Assembly: GCA_041946805.1 (NCBI GenBank)
Contig: JBHGBC010000009.1
Coordinates: 16,372 to 80,371 of the forward strand
Length of the DNA stretch: 64,000 nucleotides
Direction of reading: 5' to 3'
Origin: a bacterium
GTDB taxonomy: Bacteria > Hinthialibacterota > Hinthialibacteria > Hinthialibacterales > Hinthialibacteraceae
This document shows, piece by piece, positions 51,872 to 60,748 of the stretch. Made by a program: the position numbers and the translations under genes. Each line of letters begins with the position of its first letter. The first letter of the stretch is position 1. Below the pieces are notes generated by a model. The model did no database searches, was not told the origin of the DNA, and worked only from the letters and a program-made list of their open reading frames with translations.

Positions 51872-53038
51872 ATGCCGGATGCCAATCAGTGCGCGCGTCT
51901 CTATCAACAGAAATACCACGCCACGCCCCAGGCGGCGGGAATCGCCCCGGGGCGGGTGGAAATCCTGGGCAATCACACGGATTACAACGGGGGATTGGTT
52001 TTTACCGTGGCCATCGACAAAACCATCACGGTCTGCGGCGAGCGGATGGCGGAACCGTATGTCACCCTCTTCACCGGGGCCTTGCGGGATGAAATCCGGT
52101 TCCCCACCGATCCATTAACCAAAGATCCCGCGCATCCCTGGGCGGATTACGTGAAGGGTGTGCTCGACCAGCTGCGGAAGGAAGGCGTCGCGTGGGGTGG
52201 TTTCCGCGCGGTGATCGGCGGCGGCCTGCCCATCGGGGCGGGGGTCAGCAGCTCCGCCGCGCTCGAGGCCGCTACCGCCTTGTTCGTCCAGGCTCTGTAT
52301 CCCTTTGACATGGACCGGTTGAAACTGGCCCAGCTGTGCCGGGCGGCGGAAAATGAATTCGCCGGGATGCCCTGCGGCCTGCTCGATCAATTCTCTTCCT
52401 TCTTCGGCCGGAAAGAAAGCATGATCTTTTTGGATTGCCGGGATTTGTCCTACAAAATCCTGCCCCTGCAGCCGCCGGCGCCCATCATCGTGTTGTGCGA
52501 TTCGGGCACCCGGCATGAACTGGTGGAAAGCGAATACCGCGTGCGCCGTGAGCAATGCCAAACGGCCTGCCGTGTGCTCGCCAACCTGATCGGAAAAGAA
52601 ATCAACCAGCTGCGCGACGTCACGATGCTCGAGTTCATGGACCTGGAGGACGCGATGGACGATATCCTGCGCCGCCGGGTCCGCCATGTCTTGTACGAAA
52701 ACCAACGCGTGCTGCGCGGCGTCACCGCCATCCAACTCAACAACCTCCAACACCTCGGGGAACTGATGGTGCAATCCCATCAGAGCTCGCGCACATTGTT
52801 TGAAAACAGCTGCCTCGAGTTGGATTTCCTGACCGAGCAGGCGGTTCAGATCCCCGGGTGTTACGGGGCGAAACTCACCGGCGGGGGATTCGGGGGCAGC
52901 ACCGTCAACCTGGTCCAGCCCGAATCCACGGAGGAGTTCATCCGCGCCATTCAGGAACGTTTTGCCCGGAAATTCGGCCGCCCCTGCCATACGCTGGTTT
53001 GCTCCATCGGCGACGGCGCGCGGAAGGTGGAACTGTAG
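51872..53038 (+). CDS. galK: Galactokinase
   Basis: APGRVEILGNHTDYNGG, PIGAGVSSSAA, CGLLDQ and GAKLTGGGFGG. Confidence 0.93.
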   Translation: MPDANQCARLYQQKYHATPQAAGIAPGRVEILGNHTDYNGGLVFTVAIDKTITVCGERMAEPYVTLFTGALRDEIRFPTDPLTKDPAHPWADYVKGVLDQLRKEGVAWGGFRAVIGGGLPIGAGVSSSAALEAATALFVQALYPFDMDRLKLAQLCRAAENEFAGMPCGLLDQFSSFFGRKESMIFLDCRDLSYKILPLQPPAPIIVLCDSGTRHELVESEYRVRREQCQTACRVLANLIGKEINQLRDVTMLEFMDLEDAMDDILRRRVRHVLYENQRVLRGVTAIQLNNLQHLGELMVQSHQSSRTLFENSCLELDFLTEQAVQIPGCYGAKLTGGGFGGSTVNLVQPESTEEFIRAIQERFARKFGRPCHTLVCSIGDGARKVEL

Positions 53039-53090
53039 GGAAGTGGCCATCCGGTTTTCTGGAATCTTCCGGCCCCTGCGTGCTGATTTT

Positions 53091-53293
53091 CAGCCATCCG
53101 ATATAAGCGCACTTTTTCTGACGGGTAGATCAGTTTCCAATGGCTCTATCTATCAGGCCTGCCTCTTTTCCTCTCCCTCCGGGAGAGGGCTGGGGTGAGG
53201 GATTTTTGGTAAGGGGCGGACCTGGGTGTCCACCCGCGGCCGGGAGGATTTGGCATACTTCTTACCGCCACGTACGCATTTCCCGGAAGAACC
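53091..53293 (+). mobile_element. MITE family 1, copy e (degenerate)
   Basis: Right end GTACGCATTTCCCGGAAGAACC, eroded left end cagccatccg; internal hairpin and aggggcggacctgggtgtcc modules. Confidence 0.65.
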
Positions 53294-53657
53294 TGGAAAA
53301 TGGCATAGGGAACAGCATGAGCCGGTGGCTGCAGGCCTCTTTTTTATTTGGTTACAATCCGGCAGCCAAACGAAGCGGAATAATCCGAAATCAGCGATGC
53401 CCCAGCCCCGGATCCAGCTGAGGAAAGGCATTCCCACCCGCCTGGATGTAGTGCTTATGTTTGGTTTTCTCAATTCATTGCCGATATTTTCATTAAGTGC
53501 TGCCCCCCTGCGATCCGATAATAGGGAAGAGAAGGAGAGGACTATCTATTTTTACTATTTTAGAATAGGTGGAACCACCGCCGGGAGCGGACCCCACGGG
53601 CCTGGAGAGATTGCGCGGAAGACAAACCGGCCGGGCCACGTGCCGGGGGCATAATCC

Positions 53658-55205
53658 ATGAACGAGAAAAAACGAATCCAGCATGCATCGGACGAAGTGA
53701 TGGACGAGGAATCCCTTTTCTCGGAATTGGAAAAAATCGGGAAAATGTTCTCCGGCCAGGAACCGGAATCCGGAACGGCGGTGGAGGGAGATCTGGAACC
53801 GGATTCGGATCCCATGGAGGCGGATCGGGAAGTGGATTCGGACTCCACGGAGCAAATCCCGCTACTCTCCGGCGGAAATCTCGTGGACACCTTGATCAAA
53901 ACCGTGGAAGAACGCGGCAACGTGCATGAAACCGTCCGGGATATCGTGCACGAGACCGTCAAGGATTTCCTTGGAGACATGAAGGCGGCCCCGGACGGAA
54001 CGGATCCCCTCTCTTCGGATGGTTATCAACTGATCCACGAGAAGCGGAAAGAACTGTACGCCCTCATGGAGAACCTGGATCAGGAATTGGCCGGCAAAAG
54101 CACCGAGGAAGTCGCGGCTTATTTTGGTTCTCTTCTGAATATGCAAAGCCAGCTCTGCCTGCAAAAGACAGAGGGCGTGATCGCCGTGCGCACCCGGCTG
54201 ATCCATTTCTTCCCCACGATGAAATCGCTGACCGGCGCCACCGACTGGCTGCGCCAGGAAATCACCCTGATCTTCTCGCCCGAGGAAATCACGGCCATGC
54301 GGTCCAAGTTCGCCGAAATGCCGGCCAGCGATCCCCTCAAGGGTTTTTTCACCACCGTGCTCGACAGCGCCTACGATGTGGTGCAATACAATGAACTGAC
54401 CGGATTCCTGATGCTGGAACTGACCCAGTATTTTCTAAAAAAATTGGAGGATAACGGGTACGGTGACACTCCCCAGGCCCAGGAATTCAAGGAACGGCAC
54501 GCGCGCTCGTTGATTTCCCTGAAAAAAGCCATCGGCGACCTGCGGGAAATCGAGCGGATCGTCAGCCAGCACCTCGAGGAACGGCCGGTGCTCAAGGATC
54601 TGCCCAAATACCTGCGGGCGTTGATCCAGATCAAACTGGGATTGTTGGACGAATCTCATCTGACCAAAACCATCCGCCTTATCCACCGCTGTCTCGGTGA
54701 TTACGCCCGCGCCCGCAGCGTGGTGGCTTTCGATTTCAACCGCCTCCCCTCCTTCCAGCACGGCGTCCGCCTGCGCCAGAGCATCATCCTCAACCTGCAC
54801 CGCGATGTCTTGGAGTACACGGGCAAGCAATTCGAAAAAGAATTCCGGAGCGTCAAACGGGAATTCGAAATGATGATGAAAGAGATCGAGGCCTCGTCGG
54901 AGATCCTGGTTCCGGGATCGCCCGAGTACGATGAATTGATGCGGCGCAAGGCTTTTCTGCAGGAAAAATTGGAGAAACACCGCCGCAAGCTGGATGTGGT
55001 GAAAAGCCAGGAGCGGCTGGTGGACGTGCAACATAAACTGGTGACTCATTCCATCAAGCGCTTCACCAAGAATGTCTCCCTGCATCAAAAAATCGAGGAA
55101 GAATTGAAATCCCGCGCCAAGGTCGATCCCGAAAAAACCCGGACCATCTCCCCCCCCAAGGAAAAAAACATCAGCCGCATGGTCATGGCCAAGAGACGGA
55201 GCTGA
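53658..55205 (+). CDS. Hypothetical protein (acidic N-terminus, helical/coiled-coil C-terminus)
   Basis: 515-aa ORF with normal codon usage; E/K/L-rich heptad-like C-terminus. Confidence 0.75.
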   Translation: MNEKKRIQHASDEVMDEESLFSELEKIGKMFSGQEPESGTAVEGDLEPDSDPMEADREVDSDSTEQIPLLSGGNLVDTLIKTVEERGNVHETVRDIVHETVKDFLGDMKAAPDGTDPLSSDGYQLIHEKRKELYALMENLDQELAGKSTEEVAAYFGSLLNMQSQLCLQKTEGVIAVRTRLIHFFPTMKSLTGATDWLRQEITLIFSPEEITAMRSKFAEMPASDPLKGFFTTVLDSAYDVVQYNELTGFLMLELTQYFLKKLEDNGYGDTPQAQEFKERHARSLISLKKAIGDLREIERIVSQHLEERPVLKDLPKYLRALIQIKLGLLDESHLTKTIRLIHRCLGDYARARSVVAFDFNRLPSFQHGVRLRQSIILNLHRDVLEYTGKQFEKEFRSVKREFEMMMKEIEASSEILVPGSPEYDELMRRKAFLQEKLEKHRRKLDVVKSQERLVDVQHKLVTHSIKRFTKNVSLHQKIEEELKSRAKVDPEKTRTISPPKEKNISRMVMAKRRS

Positions 55206-55359
55206 GTTTTTTGTTGCCCCTCGTACTAAATCTCCCCTCCCGCTTCCCTGGATTCTCCCGCCGAACTCTGGAACACTGGAATACCGGCAAGCGGGAAAAA
55301 TCAGGGCAGGAACCCGCCCGGCATGGACGGGGGGCCGCCTATATCACAAGGAGACGATC

Positions 55360-56637
55360 ATGAGTAAGGAGAAAAAATCCCGCCGGGATTTTCTGAAAGG
55401 ATCGGCGCTGGCCGCCGGAGTGGGAATGGCGTCCCTGCGGGGCATCGCCCCCGCCACCGTGCTGGGAGCCAATGAGAAGGTGCGCTGCGGCGTGATCGGC
55501 GTGGGCGACCGGGGGACCTGGGGCTTGCGCGAACTGATCAAACACGAAGCCCAGGTGGTGGCCGTGTGCGACGTGTACGAGGCCCGCCTGATGCGCGCGC
55601 GGGACCTGACCGAGGACGACACCGGCAAAAAGGCCGATACGTATTACGAGCACGAGCGCCTGCTGGAGCGCGGCGACATCGACGCCGTGTACATCGCCGT
55701 CCCCGATCACTGGCACCACGATCTCCTCATCGACACGGTGAAGGCCGGCAAGGACGCCTACATCGAGAAGCCGTTCTCCAAGACCATTGAGGAAGGCCGC
55801 AACATGGTCCGCGCCGTCCGCGAAACCGATCGTGTGGTCCAGGTGGGGAATCACCGCCGCAGCGGCGAGCATTGGCTCCGCGCGCGCGAATGGATCCGTT
55901 CGGGCAAACTGGGCCATATCGCCTGGGTGAAGGTCTATGACACGCGGGATTGGTCCAAGGGCGATCCCTGGTCCGCGCAAATCGCCGCCGGGATCCAGGG
56001 CCGCCTGGACTGGAACCGGTTCCTGGGCAAGGCCCCCAAGCGCCCCTTCGATCTGCACCGCTATTTCACCTGGCGCTGGTATTGGGACTATGCCGGTGGA
56101 TTGATCACCGACATCGGCGCGCACGAGCTGGACATCAACCAATGGCTGATGGACCAGGACGGCCCGCAGTCGGCCGTGTGCCACGGCGGCAACCATGTCT
56201 TCCCCACCTGGGAAACGCCGGATGTGGTGCACGCCATCCTGAACTATGGCTCCTTTACCACGCTGTTTACGGTGGAATTCGTCAGCGGCGTCGATGGCAA
56301 TGGCGAAATTTTCTACGGGACCGATGGAACCCTGGTCGCCGACGCCACCAAGAATATGATCCGGGTGTATATGCCCCAAGGCGCCACCGAACCGGTCGAG
56401 GAATGGGCCCAACCCTACGAAGGCCCCGCCCATGTGGCCAACTTTTTGGATTGCGTCAAATCCCGCAAGGAACCTAATTCGCCCGTGGAAATCGCCAACA
56501 ACGTCATCACCGCCGCCCATCTGGCCAATCTTTCCTATCGCACCGGCCAGCGGGTGCTGTGGGATCCCAAGACCGGGGAAATGCTCGAAATCCGCCGCGT
56601 GACGCCTTCGGACGCCTGGCTCAAGAGCCGGCTCTGA
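55360..56637 (+). CDS. Tat-exported Gfo/Idh/MocA family oxidoreductase
   Basis: SRRDFLK, GVIGVGDRG, IAVPDHWH, YIEKP and WRWYWDYAGG. Confidence 0.93.
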   Translation: MSKEKKSRRDFLKGSALAAGVGMASLRGIAPATVLGANEKVRCGVIGVGDRGTWGLRELIKHEAQVVAVCDVYEARLMRARDLTEDDTGKKADTYYEHERLLERGDIDAVYIAVPDHWHHDLLIDTVKAGKDAYIEKPFSKTIEEGRNMVRAVRETDRVVQVGNHRRSGEHWLRAREWIRSGKLGHIAWVKVYDTRDWSKGDPWSAQIAAGIQGRLDWNRFLGKAPKRPFDLHRYFTWRWYWDYAGGLITDIGAHELDINQWLMDQDGPQSAVCHGGNHVFPTWETPDVVHAILNYGSFTTLFTVEFVSGVDGNGEIFYGTDGTLVADATKNMIRVYMPQGATEPVEEWAQPYEGPAHVANFLDCVKSRKEPNSPVEIANNVITAAHLANLSYRTGQRVLWDPKTGEMLEIRRVTPSDAWLKSRL

Positions 56638-56682
56638 ATCCACGCCCGGAAAATTTTCCTCCTCACGGCCGATCCACAAATT

Positions 56683-56718
56683 CAGGGGCGCCTCCTTTCG
56701 TGCCCCTGTTTTATTTTC
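56683..56718 (+). terminator. Intrinsic terminator
   Basis: CAGGGGCGC..GTGCCCCTG followed by TTTTATTTT. Confidence 0.6.
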
Positions 56719-56892
56719 TGGCGCGGGTTTCCGTGGCACGGGCTTCCCGCCGGATTGTGTGAGACTTGATTTATTTGAAACAAGAGTATTTTTCCCTATC
56801 CCTCGGGGCGAGGATCCGGGTGAGGGGACACCTTTCCTGAAACGAGAACGTATGGTTCCGCGGAAGGGGGACAGCCACGCCACGCGGCCGTA

Positions 56893-57072
56893 TTATATGC
56901 TGATGAAGAAATATATGAACGCGTAGAAGAGTACGGTGAGGATCAACGCATACAGCAACGGTTTCTTATGAAATTCCCATCCGTACGCCTCGTAGGGGGA
57001 TTCATCCTCCACCGGATTGGGATCATCCGTTTGGGATTTTTTTCCTTGCTTATTGTACTGCTCCATTTCCAT
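56893..57072 (-). CDS. Small protein with C-terminal TM helix
   Basis: AAGGAG RBS before ATG 57072; 59 aa ending in a hydrophobic helix. Confidence 0.55.
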   Translation of the reverse strand: MEMEQYNKQGKKSQTDDPNPVEDESPYEAYGWEFHKKPLLYALILTVLFYAFIYFFISI

Positions 57073-57658
57073 GATCGGCCACTCCTTTCCTTTCTTCATG
57101 CTAGTGGGGATCACCCCGGGGATCAATCCTTATATCATTTCCACCATGGACTCTGGATGTCCAGCGGTTTGCCACGAGACCCCAATGGCCTACGTTGCTT
57201 TTGCCGGGGCGGCCGGCGGGCCTCCCCCTGCTTATAGAAAATGGTTACAGAAAGTAGGAAGGATTAGCATGAAGCGCGTAATCCAGCGGCATGTGGATGA
57301 ACTTGTGCATCCTGACAATCCTGATTATACCCTCTCCATCTGGTAGAAGGCCGGGGTGAGGGAATTCCTTTTCTTGGCTTCCCGAAACCCGTCCTATTCT
57401 CGAACATCCTTGATTAGGGAATGCAGGGGCACGCGGTCACGCGCCCCTGCTTCCCCGTCGCCCAATATGCGGTATCCTGGTCATCTGGATCATCCTGACC
57501 ATCCTGGTTCAGACCATCAACTCTCCCTGCTCTTTGGAATACGCAGAAAATTATCCAATCATATCCGGTTCTCCTTTCCCCCAGCGTTGGAAAATCGTAT
57601 CCTGAAGAGTCCCTAAAACAACGGCGTTTTTCAAACCAACGGAAGGCAGGAAAATGCG

Positions 57659-58492
57659 ATGAATCCATGTTGTCATGCGTCTTCGAAGAGAGGGAAGAAA
57701 TTGGGGAGGATCGGGCTTTTTCTATTCGTGATGTGTGGCTTGGCGGTTCCGGCCGGGGCGGTGGATATCGGCGGAGAAGAGTTGGGTATCACGGCCGAAT
57801 TCGAGTATGTCTCGAAATACCTCTGGAAAGGGTATGACCTGCTCGACGATCACGGCGCCTGGCAACCCAGCCTGACCTTGGATTACATGGGATTCTACGT
57901 GGGCGTATGGGGTTCGTTTGCCACGTCAGGCGGATTCACCGACGCGGACGAGCTGGACTACTATGTGGGATACGCGCATGGTTTCTTCGAGGAAGAATGG
58001 TATGCCATCGACGCGGACCTCGCCTGGTATTATTACGACTATCCCCACTCGGACAGCCAAGCCGGTGACGATGGGATCAGCGACTCGCAGGAAATCGTCC
58101 TGGCGCTCTCCATGCCCAACCTGATCCCGCTCGGTCCCAGCAACCTGGTGCCTTCCTACACGGTTGGATACAACTGGGATGGCATCCAAAGCGAGGAGGA
58201 TGTCGACAACGGCTGGATCCATACGTTCGGCTTGGCGTATGACATTCCCATACCGGCGTTGATCCCCGATCAGGAAGAAGCGGCCATCAGCCTGGGTTGG
58301 GAGATTAGCTACAACGATGGGATGTTTGAATCCGATTCCGGCTGGAGCCATTCCCAGGCGGCGATTTCCACCACGTTTGAATGGAAGGGATTCACGTTGA
58401 CTCCCGCGGTCTTCTATCAATGGTCGTTCGAGGACACGGTCAATCCCGAGGATGAATTCTTTGCCTCGGTGAGTTTGAATTACGCGTTTTGA
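57659..58492 (+). CDS. Outer-membrane beta-barrel protein (TorF/Gcw_chp-like)
   Basis: Signal peptide, SKYLWKG..QP, GFYVGVWGS, ELDYYVGY and terminal YAF. Confidence 0.75.
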   Translation: MNPCCHASSKRGKKLGRIGLFLFVMCGLAVPAGAVDIGGEELGITAEFEYVSKYLWKGYDLLDDHGAWQPSLTLDYMGFYVGVWGSFATSGGFTDADELDYYVGYAHGFFEEEWYAIDADLAWYYYDYPHSDSQAGDDGISDSQEIVLALSMPNLIPLGPSNLVPSYTVGYNWDGIQSEEDVDNGWIHTFGLAYDIPIPALIPDQEEAAISLGWEISYNDGMFESDSGWSHSQAAISTTFEWKGFTLTPAVFYQWSFEDTVNPEDEFFASVSLNYAF

Positions 58493-58538
58493 TTCGCGGC
58501 CTGAGAGGTGGGGGCGTTCCCCCGGTGTTTGGCCATCC

Positions 58539-59885
58539 TTACCTTGTCAGCTGAATCCGTTCCACCGTTTTGCGTTTTTCGATGTACCGGAGAACCGCAT
58601 CGCGCAGCGAGAGCCCTGTGTCCACCCAGACGATGCCTGGAGAGGACGGAAAATACTTCTCCCACTGGTCGCGGACAAAGCTGTTGGTCACGAGCTTGTA
58701 GGTCTTGGCCGGATCGATTGGTTGGTTGCCATAAAAGTTTTTCGGTACCTGGCTGCCGGAAACCGTGGCCGTCACCAGGGTGTTTTCAAATGGAAAAACA
58801 TTCCACACGGCGCGGTAGGGGAACTCTCCCGCGGGAATCGATCCCCGCGTGCCGCCTGAATTCTGATGGGCGTAATCGGCCCCGGTGCTTTCCAAAAACG
58901 CCGCTTGCGCGAGAGACACCAGGTCCATTTTACTTAAGCGTTGGACGGCCCGCCCCAACGGCCGGTCCACGAGTTCCTCCACTTTTGATTCCCATTCCTT
59001 CACTTCCTGGAGCGTCGCGGGATCTTCCGGGGCCAGCTCCGCCCGGACCGGAAGCGGCCGGTACGACCAATCCACGATCCGGTCCGTTTCCGTGTCCGCC
59101 GTCAAATCCACCCGGCCGATGAACTGCCCCTTGCTGCCCGCGTGCACGATGCGCACGCCGGCAACCTGGATTTCCGCGTCCAGGCGGGTATGGCTGTGCC
59201 CGCCCACGATCAGATCGAGCCCCTCCACCTGTTTCGCGATTTCCAGGTCCTGGTCCAGGCCGGCATGGATCAGGGCGATGATCAGATCGCTCCGGTCCGC
59301 GGCCTCTTTCGCCAGCCTCTTCAACGCCTCGGCCGCCGAAACGAAGGTCACTCCCTCGGACGATTCACGGGTGGTCAAACCGGGCGTCTTTTCGGTGATC
59401 ACGCCCAGGACCGCGATTCGCAGCGCTCCACGGTTCACAATGACGGACTCCGCGTCTCCCAGGATGTGCAATTTCCCGTCCGGGCCCATGACATAGGCAT
59501 TGGCGCAGAGGATGGGAAATTCGGCGATCCGCCGGTATCCCTCGATCCGTTGCCAGCCGTAATCGAACTCGTGGTTGCCCAACACTCCCGCGTCCAAGCC
59601 CCAGTGGTTCAAAATCCGAAACACCGGATCGCCCTTGAACAAGGTGGAAATGGGGGTTCCGCTGATCATATCGCCCGCGTCGAGGATCAAGACGTTTTCT
59701 TTCTCGGACCGGACTTGTTTGTAATAATCCGCGATGCGCGCCGCACCGCCCCGGTCCTTGCCTTCCGGAGAGATATAAGCGTGAAAATCCCCGGTGAACA
59801 ACACCGTCAGGGGGACGATTTCCGCCTGGCATTCCCATCCGGCCAGGCCCAATACCAGTCCTATCAGCCAAAACCAGCGCTTCAT
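58539..59885 (-). CDS. Secreted bifunctional metallophosphatase/5'-nucleotidase
   Basis: GDFHA, LDAGD, GNHEFD, GGHSH, NSGGTR and PFENTL. Confidence 0.92.
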   Translation of the reverse strand: MKRWFWLIGLVLGLAGWECQAEIVPLTVLFTGDFHAYISPEGKDRGGAARIADYYKQVRSEKENVLILDAGDMISGTPISTLFKGDPVFRILNHWGLDAGVLGNHEFDYGWQRIEGYRRIAEFPILCANAYVMGPDGKLHILGDAESVIVNRGALRIAVLGVITEKTPGLTTRESSEGVTFVSAAEALKRLAKEAADRSDLIIALIHAGLDQDLEIAKQVEGLDLIVGGHSHTRLDAEIQVAGVRIVHAGSKGQFIGRVDLTADTETDRIVDWSYRPLPVRAELAPEDPATLQEVKEWESKVEELVDRPLGRAVQRLSKMDLVSLAQAAFLESTGADYAHQNSGGTRGSIPAGEFPYRAVWNVFPFENTLVTATVSGSQVPKNFYGNQPIDPAKTYKLVTNSFVRDQWEKYFPSSPGIVWVDTGLSLRDAVLRYIEKRKTVERIQLTR

Positions 59886-59898
59886 GAAGAATTTCTTT

Positions 59899-60519
59899 CT
59901 AACTCAGGCACCGTTCGAGGACAAGCGATCCGCCTTCGCCCGCTTGGGTCATGGCGTCCAACTGCTGCTTCAGGCAGGCCCCCAGGTAAGGATCATCCCG
60001 GGCCACCCAGCGCGCGTCCACGATGTCCCGCTGATTGGGAGTGGGCTTGGGAGCGAATTGCCCCAGTGTATAGACGTTGATCCAATGCGTCAAATAAACC
60101 TGCCCGCGCAGTTGGTCGAGGGCGTATCCATAGGCCAACAGCGTGCCGCCCTTGGCGAGCACGGCGATCAGGGTTTGATCGTGCACGTATTCGGTGGCCG
60201 TGCGGATCAGATCCAGGTTGTCTTTGGCCTTCTCCCCGTAAATCCCGGGATTGACCACGCCTCCGGGGAACGTCCAGCCTTCGCCGCCGGATCGTTGGAC
60301 CATCAGATACCGCTCGCCCAACGGGACCACGCTGATGACCAGTTCCGGCCCGCTCCACTCTTCCCGCCGCGCCCAATGGTATTTAGTCCGGATCTTGGTT
60401 TTAGGAACACTGTATTCGGGACTGGCCGACTGGCACGCATACCATACGGGGCTGGTCAAAAGCAGGGAACCGGCTTGAAGAATGGCCCGCCGGGAGATTC
60501 TCTCAGGATTTTCACTCAT
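59899..60519 (-). CDS. Tat-signal protein with degenerate NUDIX-like fold
   Basis: SRRAIL plus hydrophobic stretch and Cys; YLMVQRS..WTFPGG; DIVDARWV. Confidence 0.65.
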   Translation of the reverse strand: MSENPERISRRAILQAGSLLLTSPVWYACQSASPEYSVPKTKIRTKYHWARREEWSGPELVISVVPLGERYLMVQRSGGEGWTFPGGVVNPGIYGEKAKDNLDLIRTATEYVHDQTLIAVLAKGGTLLAYGYALDQLRGQVYLTHWINVYTLGQFAPKPTPNQRDIVDARWVARDDPYLGACLKQQLDAMTQAGEGGSLVLERCLS

Positions 60520-60748
60520 GCTGATCACCTCGTCGGACGGCGGAATCACCCGCCGGCTGCCGGAACGGGATCGATCCCGCCCGCAGGGAACTGTATCCGC
60601 TTCGGTCCCTAAAATCCATAGCCTGGAATACTGTCCCGCGTGGTCGAGAGGTTTGATTCTTTACGAAAACCCTTCCTTTCCCTATAGTACGTGCGGCCGG
60701 CGCGCCCGGAACCAGACAAAAACGCAACAGGGATCGTGAGCCAGTAGT

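Noticed and set aside
57130..57240. GC-rich leader upstream of the small membrane protein as a possible c-di-GMP riboswitch
   Set aside because: Only a GGCAAAC fragment matches; the GAAA tetraloop and GCAAAGC elements are missing
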